Shown here: positions 26,121 to 35,309 of the stretch, one piece after another
Numbering within the stretch: position 1 is the first letter of the stretch
Layout of the letters: every line of letters starts with the position of its first letter
Origin: a virus
Taxonomy: Duplodnaviria > Caudoviricetes
Length of the DNA: 57,725 nucleotides
IMG/VR virus record: IMGVR_UViG_3300044703_000050
Coordinates: 1-57,725 of that record
Strand: one strand, 5' to 3'
Notes under the pieces: model-generated
Databases searched by the model: none
Seen by the model: the letters and a program-made list of their open reading frames with translations, nothing else
What the model was told of the DNA's origin: nothing
Translations under genes and position numbers: made by a program

Positions 26121-27600
26121 CCTGATCGGCTTCGCCAATTCGGTAGAGATCCCGGGCAAACCCGTTGCCGACGATGAGGATGCCTGGCTGTTCAAGCCGG
26201 TGGAGACCACGGTCGCCGATCACCACCGGCTGATCATGCAGCACGCAGAGACGATCGCCTCGACGCCGTACGGTCGCGGCATGTTCTTCCTGCCGCCGGG
26301 CTCGGCCAAGTCCACTTACGGCTCGGTGCTGTTGCCGGCCTACAACATGGGGCGCTTCCCCGGCAACCGCCTGATCCTGACCACGTACGGCTCCGACCTC
26401 TCGCGCAAGCACGGCCGCCGGGCCCGCCAGATCGTCCGCTCACCGGCCTATGGCGCGATCTTCAACACCGGCCTGTCGCCGGACTCGAGCGCCGCCGACG
26501 AGTGGGCGCTGACCAACGGCTCCGAATACATGGCCGGCGGGATCCTTTCGGGGATCACCGGCAACCGCGCCAACGGCATCATCATCGATGATCCGGTGAA
26601 AGGCCGCGACGAGGCGGAGTCGGACGTCGTGCGCAAGCGCACGCTCGAGGCCTACGAGGACGACATCAAGACGCGGCTGCTGCCGGGCGGCTGGATGCTG
26701 CTCATTCAGACGCGCTGGCACGAGAACGACCTCGCCGGCTCGATCCTGCCGGAGAGCTGGAAGGGCGAGAGCGGGCTCATCCGGTGCCGCGACGGCTTCG
26801 ACTGGCTGGTGCTGTCGATCCCGGCCAAGGCCGAACGCGCCGACGATCCGCTCGGCCGCAAGCCCGGCGAGTATCTCTGGCCGGAATGGTTCGACCGCAA
26901 GCACTGGTCGCAGTTCGAGAGCAACGCGCGGACCTGGTCGGCGCTTTACCAGCAGCGGCCGGCGCCGGAGAGCGGCAACTATTTCCGGGCCGAGTGGCTG
27001 CGGCCTTACACGGACGCCCCGGCACGCGCGACTCTCACCGTCTACGGCGCCTCTGATTACGCCGTCACCGAAAAGGGCGGCGACTACACCGTGCACATCG
27101 TGGTCGGGGTCGATCCGGACAACCGGATGTACCTCCTCGACCTCTGGCGCCGGCAGACGGCGTCGGACGAATGGGTCGAGGCCTGGTGCGACCTGGTGCT
27201 GAAATGGAACCCGCTCGGCTGGGCCGAGGAGAAGGGCCAGATCAAGGCCGGCGTCGGCCCGTTCCGCGACAGCCGCGCGCTCACACGCAAGGCCTATTGC
27301 GCGGTGACAGCGTTTCCGACGCGTGGCGACAAGGCGGTGCGCGCACAATCGATCCGCGGCCGCATGGCACAGCTCGGGCTCTACGTGCCGACGAGCGCGC
27401 CCTGGGCGGCCGACCTGAAGACCGAGCTGATGAGCTTCCCGAACGGGCGGCATGACGACCAGACCGACACGCTCGGGCTGATCGGGCAACTCCTAGACGT
27501 GTTGATGCCCGGACCGAAGCCGAAGACGGCCGAAACCAACAAGCGCAGCGACTACGGCCCGGCGCAACGGTCGGACGAGAACAGCCTGCTGACACTTTAA
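26038..27600 (+). CDS. terL: Terminase large subunit (start uncertain)
   Basis: PPGSAKSTY Walker A, GIIIDDPVKG Walker B, QTRWHENDL, ASDYA nuclease Asp, FPNGRHDDQTD. Confidence 0.95.
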   Translation: MNLPTRSSSLSPSAAAAELLRRRRARDSLIGFANSVEIPGKPVADDEDAWLFKPVETTVADHHRLIMQHAETIASTPYGRGMFFLPPGSAKSTYGSVLLPAYNMGRFPGNRLILTTYGSDLSRKHGRRARQIVRSPAYGAIFNTGLSPDSSAADEWALTNGSEYMAGGILSGITGNRANGIIIDDPVKGRDEAESDVVRKRTLEAYEDDIKTRLLPGGWMLLIQTRWHENDLAGSILPESWKGESGLIRCRDGFDWLVLSIPAKAERADDPLGRKPGEYLWPEWFDRKHWSQFESNARTWSALYQQRPAPESGNYFRAEWLRPYTDAPARATLTVYGASDYAVTEKGGDYTVHIVVGVDPDNRMYLLDLWRRQTASDEWVEAWCDLVLKWNPLGWAEEKGQIKAGVGPFRDSRALTRKAYCAVTAFPTRGDKAVRAQSIRGRMAQLGLYVPTSAPWAADLKTELMSFPNGRHDDQTDTLGLIGQLLDVLMPGPKPKTAETNKRSDYGPAQRSDENSLLTL

Positions 27601-27611
27601 GGAATCGCCCC

Positions 27612-27854
27612 GTGCCGCCCGATCCGCACTGCTCGGCCCGCATGGCGCCGGTCGACGCTTTGTCGGCGCCCTTGCGCGCGCTGGCGAACGAATACGGCGC
27701 GGCAATCGTGCTCGCCATGCTCAACGACGGTTACGACGATCCGGCCGAGCTCCGCGCGCTGCTCGAGCTCCGCCGCCGCCGCAAGCAGGACGAGTGGCTG
27801 GCGACGGATTTCATCACGCCGGCGACCCGGCAGGGATTTATGGCGAGGTTGTGA
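27612..27854 (+). CDS. Hypothetical protein
   Basis: VDALSAPLRALANEYG; AAGGA RBS. Confidence 0.55.
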   Translation: MPPDPHCSARMAPVDALSAPLRALANEYGAAIVLAMLNDGYDDPAELRALLELRRRRKQDEWLATDFITPATRQGFMARL

Positions 27855-27987
27855 TGCCGATGCTCACCCTAACGTCGCTCCGCCGCGCGCAACTGCTGTC
27901 CTCGACGTCGCGGCGTGCGCTCTTCTTCGCCATCCCAGCGTTCACGCCCGCTGAATTGCTGCGCATCCTGGTCGGAGCGCGCGGCTG

Positions 27988-29925
27988 ATGCAGCTCGAGG
28001 TCGCCGCGTCCGAAGGCCGCAGCGTCGCGCGCCGCAAAAGCAGCGCCGACGAGAACCGATCGCAGTTCCTCCCGGTCGAGACTCTGCGCCGCCAATACCT
28101 CGACTATCTCACCTGCAAGGTCGCCGAGATCGAGGAGGCGAAGGAGGCGCGGCGCTATTACCACGGCGCCCACTACACCCCCGACGAAATCCGCGTCCTG
28201 CGCGCGCGCCGGCAGCCGCCGGTGGTGTGGAATCGCATCGCCCGCAAAATCAACGGCATCGTCGGCGTGGTGCAGAAGCAGCGCCGCGACCCGAAAGCCT
28301 TCCCGACCAAGCCGAAGGGCGAGGCCGGCGCCGAGATCGCGACCCAGACCATCCGCACGGTGCTCGACGGCAACGACTGGGAGACCCGCGACGAGTTTTG
28401 CCTGCGCCAGGCGGCGACCGAGGGCATCGGCGGCATCGAGCTGCGTCTGGTCGCGGGCGACCAGGGCGACCCCGACATCGAAATGTGGGAGGTGTTCGGC
28501 GACGACTTCTTCTACCAGCCCACTTCCGTCCGCTTCGACTTTTCAGACGCCCGCTACAAAGGAATCGCCAAGTGGGTCGACGTCGACGAGGCGGTCGAGC
28601 TCTTTCCCGACCGGGAAGAACTGATCCGCGGGCTGATCGAGTCCGGCTCCGACCTCACCACCAACGCCGACCGCGAATACAAGTGGATCAACACCACCAC
28701 GAAGCGCGTGCGGCTGATCGAGCACTGGTATAAGCACCGCGGCGTGTGGTGTTGGGCCTTCTACATCTCCAATCAGCTGCTGGAGGAGGGTGTCTCCCCG
28801 TTCAAGGACGAGCGCCGGCGCACCATCGCGCGCTTCATCATGTTCCGCGCCGCGGTCGACCAGGACGGCGACACCTACGGCTTTGTGCGCAACTTCAAGG
28901 GCCCGCAGGACGAGCTCAATCAGAGCCGCTCGAAGAGCAATCATGTCGCCAATTCCCGCCGGCTGATCGCCGACAAGGGGGCGGTTGACGACGTCGAAAC
29001 CGCGCGGCGGGAATGGGCGCGGCCTGACGGCTACATCGAGAAGAATCCCGGCAAGGAGATCGCGCCGGATAACACTACCGCCGATCTCGCCGCGCAGCTG
29101 CAGCGCGCGCAGACCGCGGCCGACGAGATCGAGAACTTCGCCAATACCAACATCGCCAACATGACCGACGGCGCGGTCGGCAACCTGTCGGGCGTCGCCA
29201 TCAACCTCCTGACCCAGCCAGGCCTCGCCGAGCTCGGGCCTTTCATCAAGGCCTATCGCGGCTGGAAGCTGCGGGTCTATCGCGCGGTCTTCAATCTTGC
29301 CCAGCAGTATTGGACGTCGGAGCGCTGGGTGCGGGTGACCGACGACGAGGACGTCGCTCATTTCATCCAGATCAACGGGCTCGACCTCGACGACTACGGC
29401 CGGCCGGCGATGGTCAATTACCTCGGCGCCCTCGACGTCGACATCAAGCTCGACGAAGGCCCCGACGAAGTGACGCAAATGCAGGATACCTACGACGTGA
29501 TCAAAAATGATCCGGCGGTGCCTGCCCAGGTCAAGATCGCGGTGGCGCCGATCCAGGGCAGCGTCAAGAAGCGCATCCTCGCCATGCTGCAGCCGCCGGT
29601 CGATCCGGCGCAGGCGATCATGAAGCGGCTCGCGCTCGAAGGCGCCTCCGCAGAGAACGAGAGCGAGCGGGCCCGCGCCGAGGAACGCCGCGCGCGTGCG
29701 GTGAAGGATGCCGCCGGTGCGGCCGCGCTGGTCGTCAAGGCCGGGCTCAACGGCGCCGAGGCCTACAAGGCCTCGATCGAAGCCGGGCAGGGCGGCGACA
29801 ACGGGCCGGGCGCTATCCAAGGCTTGCCCGACCAGGCACCGGGGCCAGGCGGTGCGCCCACTGCAGCGCCGATGCCGATGATCGCTCCGCCGGCGCCGCA
29901 GTTCCCGTTACCGTTCGGACCGTAG
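27988..29925 (+). CDS. Portal protein (P22-like)
   Basis: 645 aa after terL; YYHGAHYT, RRQPPVVWNRI, GPQDELN, SGVAIN, DVDIKLDEGP. Confidence 0.92.
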   Translation: MQLEVAASEGRSVARRKSSADENRSQFLPVETLRRQYLDYLTCKVAEIEEAKEARRYYHGAHYTPDEIRVLRARRQPPVVWNRIARKINGIVGVVQKQRRDPKAFPTKPKGEAGAEIATQTIRTVLDGNDWETRDEFCLRQAATEGIGGIELRLVAGDQGDPDIEMWEVFGDDFFYQPTSVRFDFSDARYKGIAKWVDVDEAVELFPDREELIRGLIESGSDLTTNADREYKWINTTTKRVRLIEHWYKHRGVWCWAFYISNQLLEEGVSPFKDERRRTIARFIMFRAAVDQDGDTYGFVRNFKGPQDELNQSRSKSNHVANSRRLIADKGAVDDVETARREWARPDGYIEKNPGKEIAPDNTTADLAAQLQRAQTAADEIENFANTNIANMTDGAVGNLSGVAINLLTQPGLAELGPFIKAYRGWKLRVYRAVFNLAQQYWTSERWVRVTDDEDVAHFIQINGLDLDDYGRPAMVNYLGALDVDIKLDEGPDEVTQMQDTYDVIKNDPAVPAQVKIAVAPIQGSVKKRILAMLQPPVDPAQAIMKRLALEGASAENESERARAEERRARAVKDAAGAAALVVKAGLNGAEAYKASIEAGQGGDNGPGAIQGLPDQAPGPGGAPTAAPMPMIAPPAPQFPLPFGP

Positions 29926-29980
29926 GGAAAAACCCAAACAATGAAATCCAGTAGTGCGCTCCCCTGCGTTGGAGACTCCT

Positions 29981-30502
29981 ATGTCAAATGATCTCGGACC
30001 GGCCAACGCGCCTAATCAGCTTTCAATCTTAGCTGCTATCCAGGCGCTGTTGAGCAATATGACCATCGCCGCCGGCTCTGCCATCATCGGGAAGGTCGGG
30101 ATCGACCAGACCGCCGGACAGAACGAAGTTATTCCGAACGCATCCGCGAGAGCGGGCGGCGTGCCATCGACGGCGCGGTTTGCTTCGGCAGCGGCCTCGA
30201 CCAACGCCACGCTGGTCAAGGGCAGCGCCGGTCGCATTTATCAGGCCAGTGGCAAGAACAACGCTGCCTATGACGTGTTCCTCGTGCTGTACGACAGCGC
30301 AGCCAGCCCGCCCGTGCCGGGCACCACCACAATTCGCAAGAAGATCGTCTGCCCCGCCGGTCAAGCCTTCGTCTATGACTGGCCGTCCGGCCTCTCGTTC
30401 GCGACCGGCATTGGCTACGCCTTCACCAAGTTGGTGGCGGACGCCGACACGACGGTGCTGGTCGCAGCCGATATCACCGGCTTCAATCTGGACTACGCGT
30501 GA
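29981..30502 (+). CDS. Putative beta-sandwich virion/decoration protein
   Basis: SAASTNATLVKGSAGRIY-like segment, GLSFATGIGYAFT; GGAG RBS. Confidence 0.7.
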   Translation: MSNDLGPANAPNQLSILAAIQALLSNMTIAAGSAIIGKVGIDQTAGQNEVIPNASARAGGVPSTARFASAAASTNATLVKGSAGRIYQASGKNNAAYDVFLVLYDSAASPPVPGTTTIRKKIVCPAGQAFVYDWPSGLSFATGIGYAFTKLVADADTTVLVAADITGFNLDYA

Positions 30503-30918
30503 TGTCGGGGTTCTCCAGGCCACCCCTCCCGTCCGTCACTCAGACCGTGGCCGCCGGCAGCGCTGTAGCCCTCACCAACGGCACCGGGAAAAGTGTCGCC
30601 AGCATCACCCTCACGCCCGGCACCTGGCTCCTCTTCGGGGCCGTAGGGTTCATCTACGCGGCCAACACGAGCTCAACACGCCTCCTTACCTCGTTATCCG
30701 CAACGGACAACGGCATCGATACCACCCCGGGCTTCTGGTTCAACGAGTTCACGGCAGCCCTCGTGCCAGGAGCGGGAAACCACCAGCACCGCCCGGTCGG
30801 TCCCGTCGTGGTGACGGTGACGGTCAACACCCCGTACTACCTCATCGCCATGGCGGCGTTCACGGTCGATGTGCTTACCGCATGCGGCGAGATCACGGCC
30901 GTCCGCATCGCCCCATGA
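30499..30918 (+). CDS. Putative beta-sandwich virion protein (fibre-tip-like)
   Basis: VASITLTPGTWLL...GEITAVRI. Confidence 0.7.
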   Translation: MMSGFSRPPLPSVTQTVAAGSAVALTNGTGKSVASITLTPGTWLLFGAVGFIYAANTSSTRLLTSLSATDNGIDTTPGFWFNEFTAALVPGAGNHQHRPVGPVVVTVTVNTPYYLIAMAAFTVDVLTACGEITAVRIAP

Positions 30919-30942
30919 AGTATCCCGGGCTGAGCAACCTTT

Positions 30943-31180
30943 TCATCCGCGCCTGACGATACGGGCGCGAAATCGACGGCCTGTTTCAGGTGGCCGCCAC
31001 GCCCTAACCCCTCTCCCTCACCCCTCATAGGAGGGAGATTATCGAGTTTCGTCCGCGCCTGACGACACAGACGCAGCCGCCCGCTCGCGGTTCTGCAAGA
31101 GCGCTCGTCCGCCCCACGATACGGGGCACCGCCACGTCCGGCGTCAAGGGACGTTTTCCGTAGTCACAACGACACTGTGA
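30943..31180 (+). ncRNA. Tandem H-type pseudoknot array in the scaffold 5' leader (predicted)
   Basis: Five contiguous units (31049-31180) plus two weaker upstream units share an S1a-L1-S2a-S1b-L3-S2b topology with different primary sequences. Confidence 0.7.
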
Positions 31181-31194
31181 AGGACTGACTGACA

Positions 31195-32316
31195 ATGGCT
31201 CAGAACGAGGACCAATTGCTGAAGGGTGCTATCGACGCAACGCAGAAAGAGATTTTTGCCGACGTGTTCGATAACGACGAAGCCGTCTTGGATGAAACCG
31301 GTGATCGTTCCATCGAAGAGATGGGCGATGGCTTGGAAGGTCAGGTCGAAGAGGATGAGGCGGGCGACGAGGCCGAGGACGCCGGGAAAGGCGTTGACGC
31401 CAAGGACGATGCCGAGACCAAAGACGATAAGGCCGCGGGTGACAAAGACCCGAACGACAAGACGGCGCGGGACGACAAGGGCAAGTTCACCACCAAGGAC
31501 GAGAAGGCCGAACCGGAGAAGGGGACCCAACCAGACCCCAAGGCCGGCAAGGATCATCGCGTACCGGTCGGTGAGCTGAAGAGCGAGCGCTCACAGCGCC
31601 AGGCGGCCGAGGAACGAGCGACAAAGGCCGAAGAACGCGCCGCGGCTGCAGAAGCCAAGGCGCAGGACGAGGTCGCCAAGCTCAACGCCAAGCTGGACGG
31701 TGTTCTCGCCGCACAGCGGCAGCCGCCACAGCCGGCCAAGACCGAAGAGGCCAAGACACCCGAACGCCCCGACATGTTCGCCGATCCGGAAGGATACGCG
31801 AAATGGGTCGAGGACCGGGCCAACGAACGGGTCGCTACGGTCGAGCGAAACATCTCCCAACGCTTTATTGAGCAGAGCTTTGCTCTCGCCCATGACGCGC
31901 ACAAGGAGGTCTTCGAGAAGGCCCATGCGGAGCTTACTTCCCTCAACCCGAAGAACCCCGCAGACGTCATCACGGTCCGCAACATCGCCAACGCGCCCAA
32001 TCCGGGCGCCGCGCTGATGAAGTGGCACCGCAATCGCGAGACCCTGCGCGAGGTCGGCCCCGATCCCGCCGCCTTCAAGCAGAAGCTCGCCGACGACACC
32101 CGTGCGGCCCTCATGAAAGACCCGGAATTCCGCAAGCAGCTCCTCGAGGACCTGCGCGCGGAGGCCACCGGGGGAGCCAACAGCGGCGATCCTGCTCGAA
32201 CCATCACGCGCCTGCCGAAATCCCTCAACGGCGCCGCCGGTAGCGGCTCCAACCAGGACGCCGTCTTCGACGGCTCGCAGCGCGCCATCTTCGACAACGT
32301 CTTCGCAGACCAGTAA
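31195..32316 (+). CDS. Capsid scaffolding protein
   Basis: Acidic N-terminus, RVPVGELKSER coiled coil, PDMFADPEGY; located between portal and capsid. Confidence 0.85.
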   Translation: MAQNEDQLLKGAIDATQKEIFADVFDNDEAVLDETGDRSIEEMGDGLEGQVEEDEAGDEAEDAGKGVDAKDDAETKDDKAAGDKDPNDKTARDDKGKFTTKDEKAEPEKGTQPDPKAGKDHRVPVGELKSERSQRQAAEERATKAEERAAAAEAKAQDEVAKLNAKLDGVLAAQRQPPQPAKTEEAKTPERPDMFADPEGYAKWVEDRANERVATVERNISQRFIEQSFALAHDAHKEVFEKAHAELTSLNPKNPADVITVRNIANAPNPGAALMKWHRNRETLREVGPDPAAFKQKLADDTRAALMKDPEFRKQLLEDLRAEATGGANSGDPARTITRLPKSLNGAAGSGSNQDAVFDGSQRAIFDNVFADQ

Positions 32317-32346
32317 TCGCGCCACCCGCTTCGGCCAAACCAAATG

Positions 32347-32369
32347 ACCCGCCGCAAGGCGGGTTTTTT
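32347..32369 (+). terminator. Rho-independent terminator between scaffold and capsid
   Basis: ACCCGCC-GCAA-GGCGGGT-TTTTT. Confidence 0.8.
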
Positions 32370-32416
32370 GTTGGGCGGACGGCTGCGCGCGACCCATCAC
32401 AGAAAGGGTCACGGCC

Positions 32417-33562
32417 ATGGCCGCCACCGCTACGAGTTCCAACAACAAGCTGATCAAGTTCAGCACTGACATCACGCGGGAATTCATCCGCGAGAACCCG
32501 CTGTCGCCCTACATGGGCCCGGGGATGACCAACATCATCCGGGTCATCAACGACCTCAAGCCCGGCGGCGAGCAGATCAACGTCCCGCTGATCGCGCGTC
32601 TGAAGAACACCGGCGTCGGCTCCGGCACGTTGCGCGGCAACGAAGAGGCGATCGACAACTATGGCTGCCGCGGCTGGATCGACTGGGCGCGCAACGCCAT
32701 CACGGTCACCAAGGCCGAGCAGCACAAGTCCTCGATCGACTTGTGGGCGCAGAACAAGCCGCTCCTGGCCGACTGGGGCAAGGAGCTGCAGCTGTTCGAG
32801 ATGGTGGATGCGTTCTACGCGCTGCCGTCGGAAACGGCGCCCGCCGGCCTCGGCTCCGCCGCCGGCCAGCGCGTCAACGGCATCCTGTTCGATGCAGCGA
32901 CCGCAGGCCAGCGCAACACCTGGGTCACCGACAACGCCGATCGCGTGCTGTTCGGCAATGCCGGCTCCAACCTCGTCGCGGGCAACTTCGCCTCGAGCTG
33001 CGCCAACGTCACCAACGCGATGACGCTGTCGGCCGCCATCATCACCCGCATCAAGCGGGCGGCGCGCAAGGCCAATCCGCGCATCAAGCCCTACAAGACC
33101 AAGAACGGCCGCGAATACTACGTGTTCCTGGTCGGCCAGGAGCAGTTCCGCGACTGCCAGAACGACACCACCATCATCACTGCCAACACCCAGGCGCGGG
33201 CGCGTGAAGGCGATGCGATCAACAAGAACCCGCTCTTCCAGGATGGTGACCTCCTCTACAACGGCGTCATCATCCGCGAGAACGTCGAGCAGTCGATCCG
33301 GCTGCCCACGTTCTACAAGACCGCGGGCTCGGGCAACGTGCAGATCGCGCCCGGGTTCTTCTGCGGACAGTCGGCGCTGGCGTGGCTCTGGGGCCAGGCT
33401 GCGTTGCCGACCTTCCTCAAGGAGGATGATTACGGCTTCATCCGCGGCACCGGCGTCGAGCTCGCCTACGGCATCATGAAGATCGCCAAGAAGAACCCGG
33501 CCGGCAACCTCAAGGAGTGGGGCGTGTTCACTTGGTTCGGCGCGGCGATCGCCGACACTTAA
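32417..33562 (+). CDS. Major capsid protein (DUF4043 / N4-gp56-like)
   Basis: PYMG, LRGNEEAI, KNPLFQDGDLLYNGVIIRE, DDYGF; size and position fit. Confidence 0.9.
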   Translation: MAATATSSNNKLIKFSTDITREFIRENPLSPYMGPGMTNIIRVINDLKPGGEQINVPLIARLKNTGVGSGTLRGNEEAIDNYGCRGWIDWARNAITVTKAEQHKSSIDLWAQNKPLLADWGKELQLFEMVDAFYALPSETAPAGLGSAAGQRVNGILFDAATAGQRNTWVTDNADRVLFGNAGSNLVAGNFASSCANVTNAMTLSAAIITRIKRAARKANPRIKPYKTKNGREYYVFLVGQEQFRDCQNDTTIITANTQARAREGDAINKNPLFQDGDLLYNGVIIRENVEQSIRLPTFYKTAGSGNVQIAPGFFCGQSALAWLWGQAALPTFLKEDDYGFIRGTGVELAYGIMKIAKKNPAGNLKEWGVFTWFGAAIADT

Positions 33563-33585
33563 GCCCTGAAGGCTCTGATCAAACG

Positions 33586-33614
33586 GCGCGGCGGGAATCC
33601 TCTCGCCGCGCTTT
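33586..33614 (+). terminator. Hairpin / weak terminator after the capsid gene
   Basis: GCGCGGCGGGA-ATCC-TCTCGCCGCGC-TTT. Confidence 0.55.
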
Positions 33615-33654
33615 CCCGCTTCAAATCCTGATCATCGGCCCAAGGAGGCCAACC

Positions 33655-34137
33655 ATGAAACGCATCCTCGCGGCTCTTGCCGCATTGTTCCTCGTCGGGA
33701 CGAGTGCCGCCTTGGCGATCTCGCCCCTCATCGGCAATGCCACGCCGGCGACCCGGCAGCTGCCGATGCAGCTGGTTCATACCTACCGCGCCACGGTCAA
33801 CTTCAACGATCCGACGATCTCGTCTGCGATCCAGTTCGGCTCGCTGCCGGCTGGCTCTTCCATCGTCGCCGTGCAAGTCGAGATCGTCACGGCGTTCAAC
33901 GCCGCCACCACCAACGTGCTGACCTTCGGCACCACCACCACGGCGACCGAGCTGGTCAACGCCGGCGACCTCAACGAGGCCGCGACCGGCGTGACCAGCG
34001 TCACGCGCGGGCTCGGCCAGTCGCTCACTGCCTCGGCCGATACTGGGCTCTACGCCAAGTACACGCAGACCGGCACGGCGGCGACGGCCGGCAAGGCCAT
34101 CGTCACCATCCAGTACATCCCCAACAACGATCAGTAA
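33655..34137 (+). CDS. Capsid cement/decoration-like protein with signal-peptide-like N-terminus
   Basis: GSLPAGSSIV...VTAFNAATTNVLTFG...ATAGKAIVTIQY; N-terminus MKRILAALAALFLVGTSAALA. Confidence 0.8.
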   Translation: MKRILAALAALFLVGTSAALAISPLIGNATPATRQLPMQLVHTYRATVNFNDPTISSAIQFGSLPAGSSIVAVQVEIVTAFNAATTNVLTFGTTTTATELVNAGDLNEAATGVTSVTRGLGQSLTASADTGLYAKYTQTGTAATAGKAIVTIQYIPNNDQ

Positions 34138-34199
34138 GGCGCCCCGCGCGCCTTCCCGCTGCTCGTCCTCAAATCCAGGCCCAAGGAGGGCCAATCAAC

Positions 34200-34775
34200 A
34201 TGCTGAAGAAACTTCTGGCGGCCGCGGCCGCGCTCGCCGTGACCGCCGCGATCGCCGCGGCGGCTACATTCGCGATCGACGGCGGGCAGCCGGTGCTGCC
34301 GGGCAATGCGGGCCCGACCGTATTCCACTCCGGCGGCGCCACTCCGGTCGCCGTTTCAAGCGGCACCGATGCGACCGCCGTCAACACCGAAACCTACATC
34401 GTCGAGGTGTTCGTGCCGGCGAACGCGACGCTCACCGGCGTGTCGGTCCTGCATCTGGCGACCTCGACCGGCAACGTGCAGTTCTCGCTCGCCGATTCCG
34501 CCGGCGTGCCGATCGCTGCGGCGGTTACGGCCTCGACCGCGGCCACCGGCTCGGCCGCCTACCAGAAGGTGCCGTTCGCGGTCGCGTATGCCGCCAAGGG
34601 CCCCGCGAAATACTTCATCCTGATGCAGAACAGCGGCAGCAACCATTACCGGGCGCACGCGCTCGGCAATTTCGGGGCGGCCAAGAAGACCGGCGAGACC
34701 TACGGCACGTTCACCACGGTGACGCCGCCGACCACGTTCACCGCCGATCTCGGCCCGATCGCCGACGTCTACTGA
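34200..34775 (+). CDS. Putative virion protein with signal-peptide-like N-terminus
   Basis: MLKKLLAAAAALAVTAAIAAAA followed by a beta-rich body; AAGGAGG RBS. Confidence 0.75.
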   Translation: MLKKLLAAAAALAVTAAIAAAATFAIDGGQPVLPGNAGPTVFHSGGATPVAVSSGTDATAVNTETYIVEVFVPANATLTGVSVLHLATSTGNVQFSLADSAGVPIAAAVTASTAATGSAAYQKVPFAVAYAAKGPAKYFILMQNSGSNHYRAHALGNFGAAKKTGETYGTFTTVTPPTTFTADLGPIADVY

Positions 34776-34793
34776 CCACCACACCAACCCCTG

Positions 34794-34828
34794 GAGCGGC
34801 GGCTGGCGACAATCCAGCCGCCGCTCTT
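34794..34828 (+). terminator. 13-bp GC-rich hairpin
   Basis: GAGCGGCGGCTGG-CGACAAT-CCAGCCGCCGCTC with only a short T tail. Confidence 0.5.
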
Positions 34829-34867
34829 CAGCGCCTGACCGGCGCCTTACATCAGAGGAATGACCCT

Positions 34868-35308
34868 ATGGCGAAGAAACCCGAGGCGGCCCTCAATCTC
34901 AAGCCCGGCGACGACGTCGAGAAACGTCCGCTCGTGACCTATGTGCCGCAGTCGGGCGATCCGGCCGAGGTGACCTGGAACAGCCACGTCTTCAAGGCCA
35001 ACATCCCGCGCACCGTCAACGTGCCGGGCATGGTCGAGCAGGCCCGCGGCAATCCCTGGTTCCGGGTCGGCGACGAGGAGAGGGCGCAGGCGTCGTCGGT
35101 GACGGACAGGCCGAAGACCGCCGAGGAATACCGCGCCTATGCGCTCGCCTGGATCATGGCGGCGCCAAGCTCGGCCGAGCTCGCCAAACGCTGGGACGAC
35201 GAGGCGGCGCTGCGTGCCGAGGTCGAGGCCGGCACCGACGACGAGGAATATCTCGCGCAGTTCTTCAACGTGAAGTTCGACCAACTGAAGAAGGTCGAGG
35301 CCGACTGA
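34868..35308 (+). CDS. Conserved hypothetical head-region protein
   Basis: VTWNSHVF...ARGNPWFRV; GAGGA RBS. Confidence 0.75.
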   Translation: MAKKPEAALNLKPGDDVEKRPLVTYVPQSGDPAEVTWNSHVFKANIPRTVNVPGMVEQARGNPWFRVGDEERAQASSVTDRPKTAEEYRAYALAWIMAAPSSAELAKRWDDEAALRAEVEAGTDDEEYLAQFFNVKFDQLKKVEAD

Positions 35309-35309
35309 T

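Noticed and set aside
30956-31175. ACGA(T/C)AC units as a mini-CRISPR or DNA iterons
   Set aside because: Spacing is irregular and sequence conservation is limited to the loops, while pairing is conserved; RNA structure explains it better.
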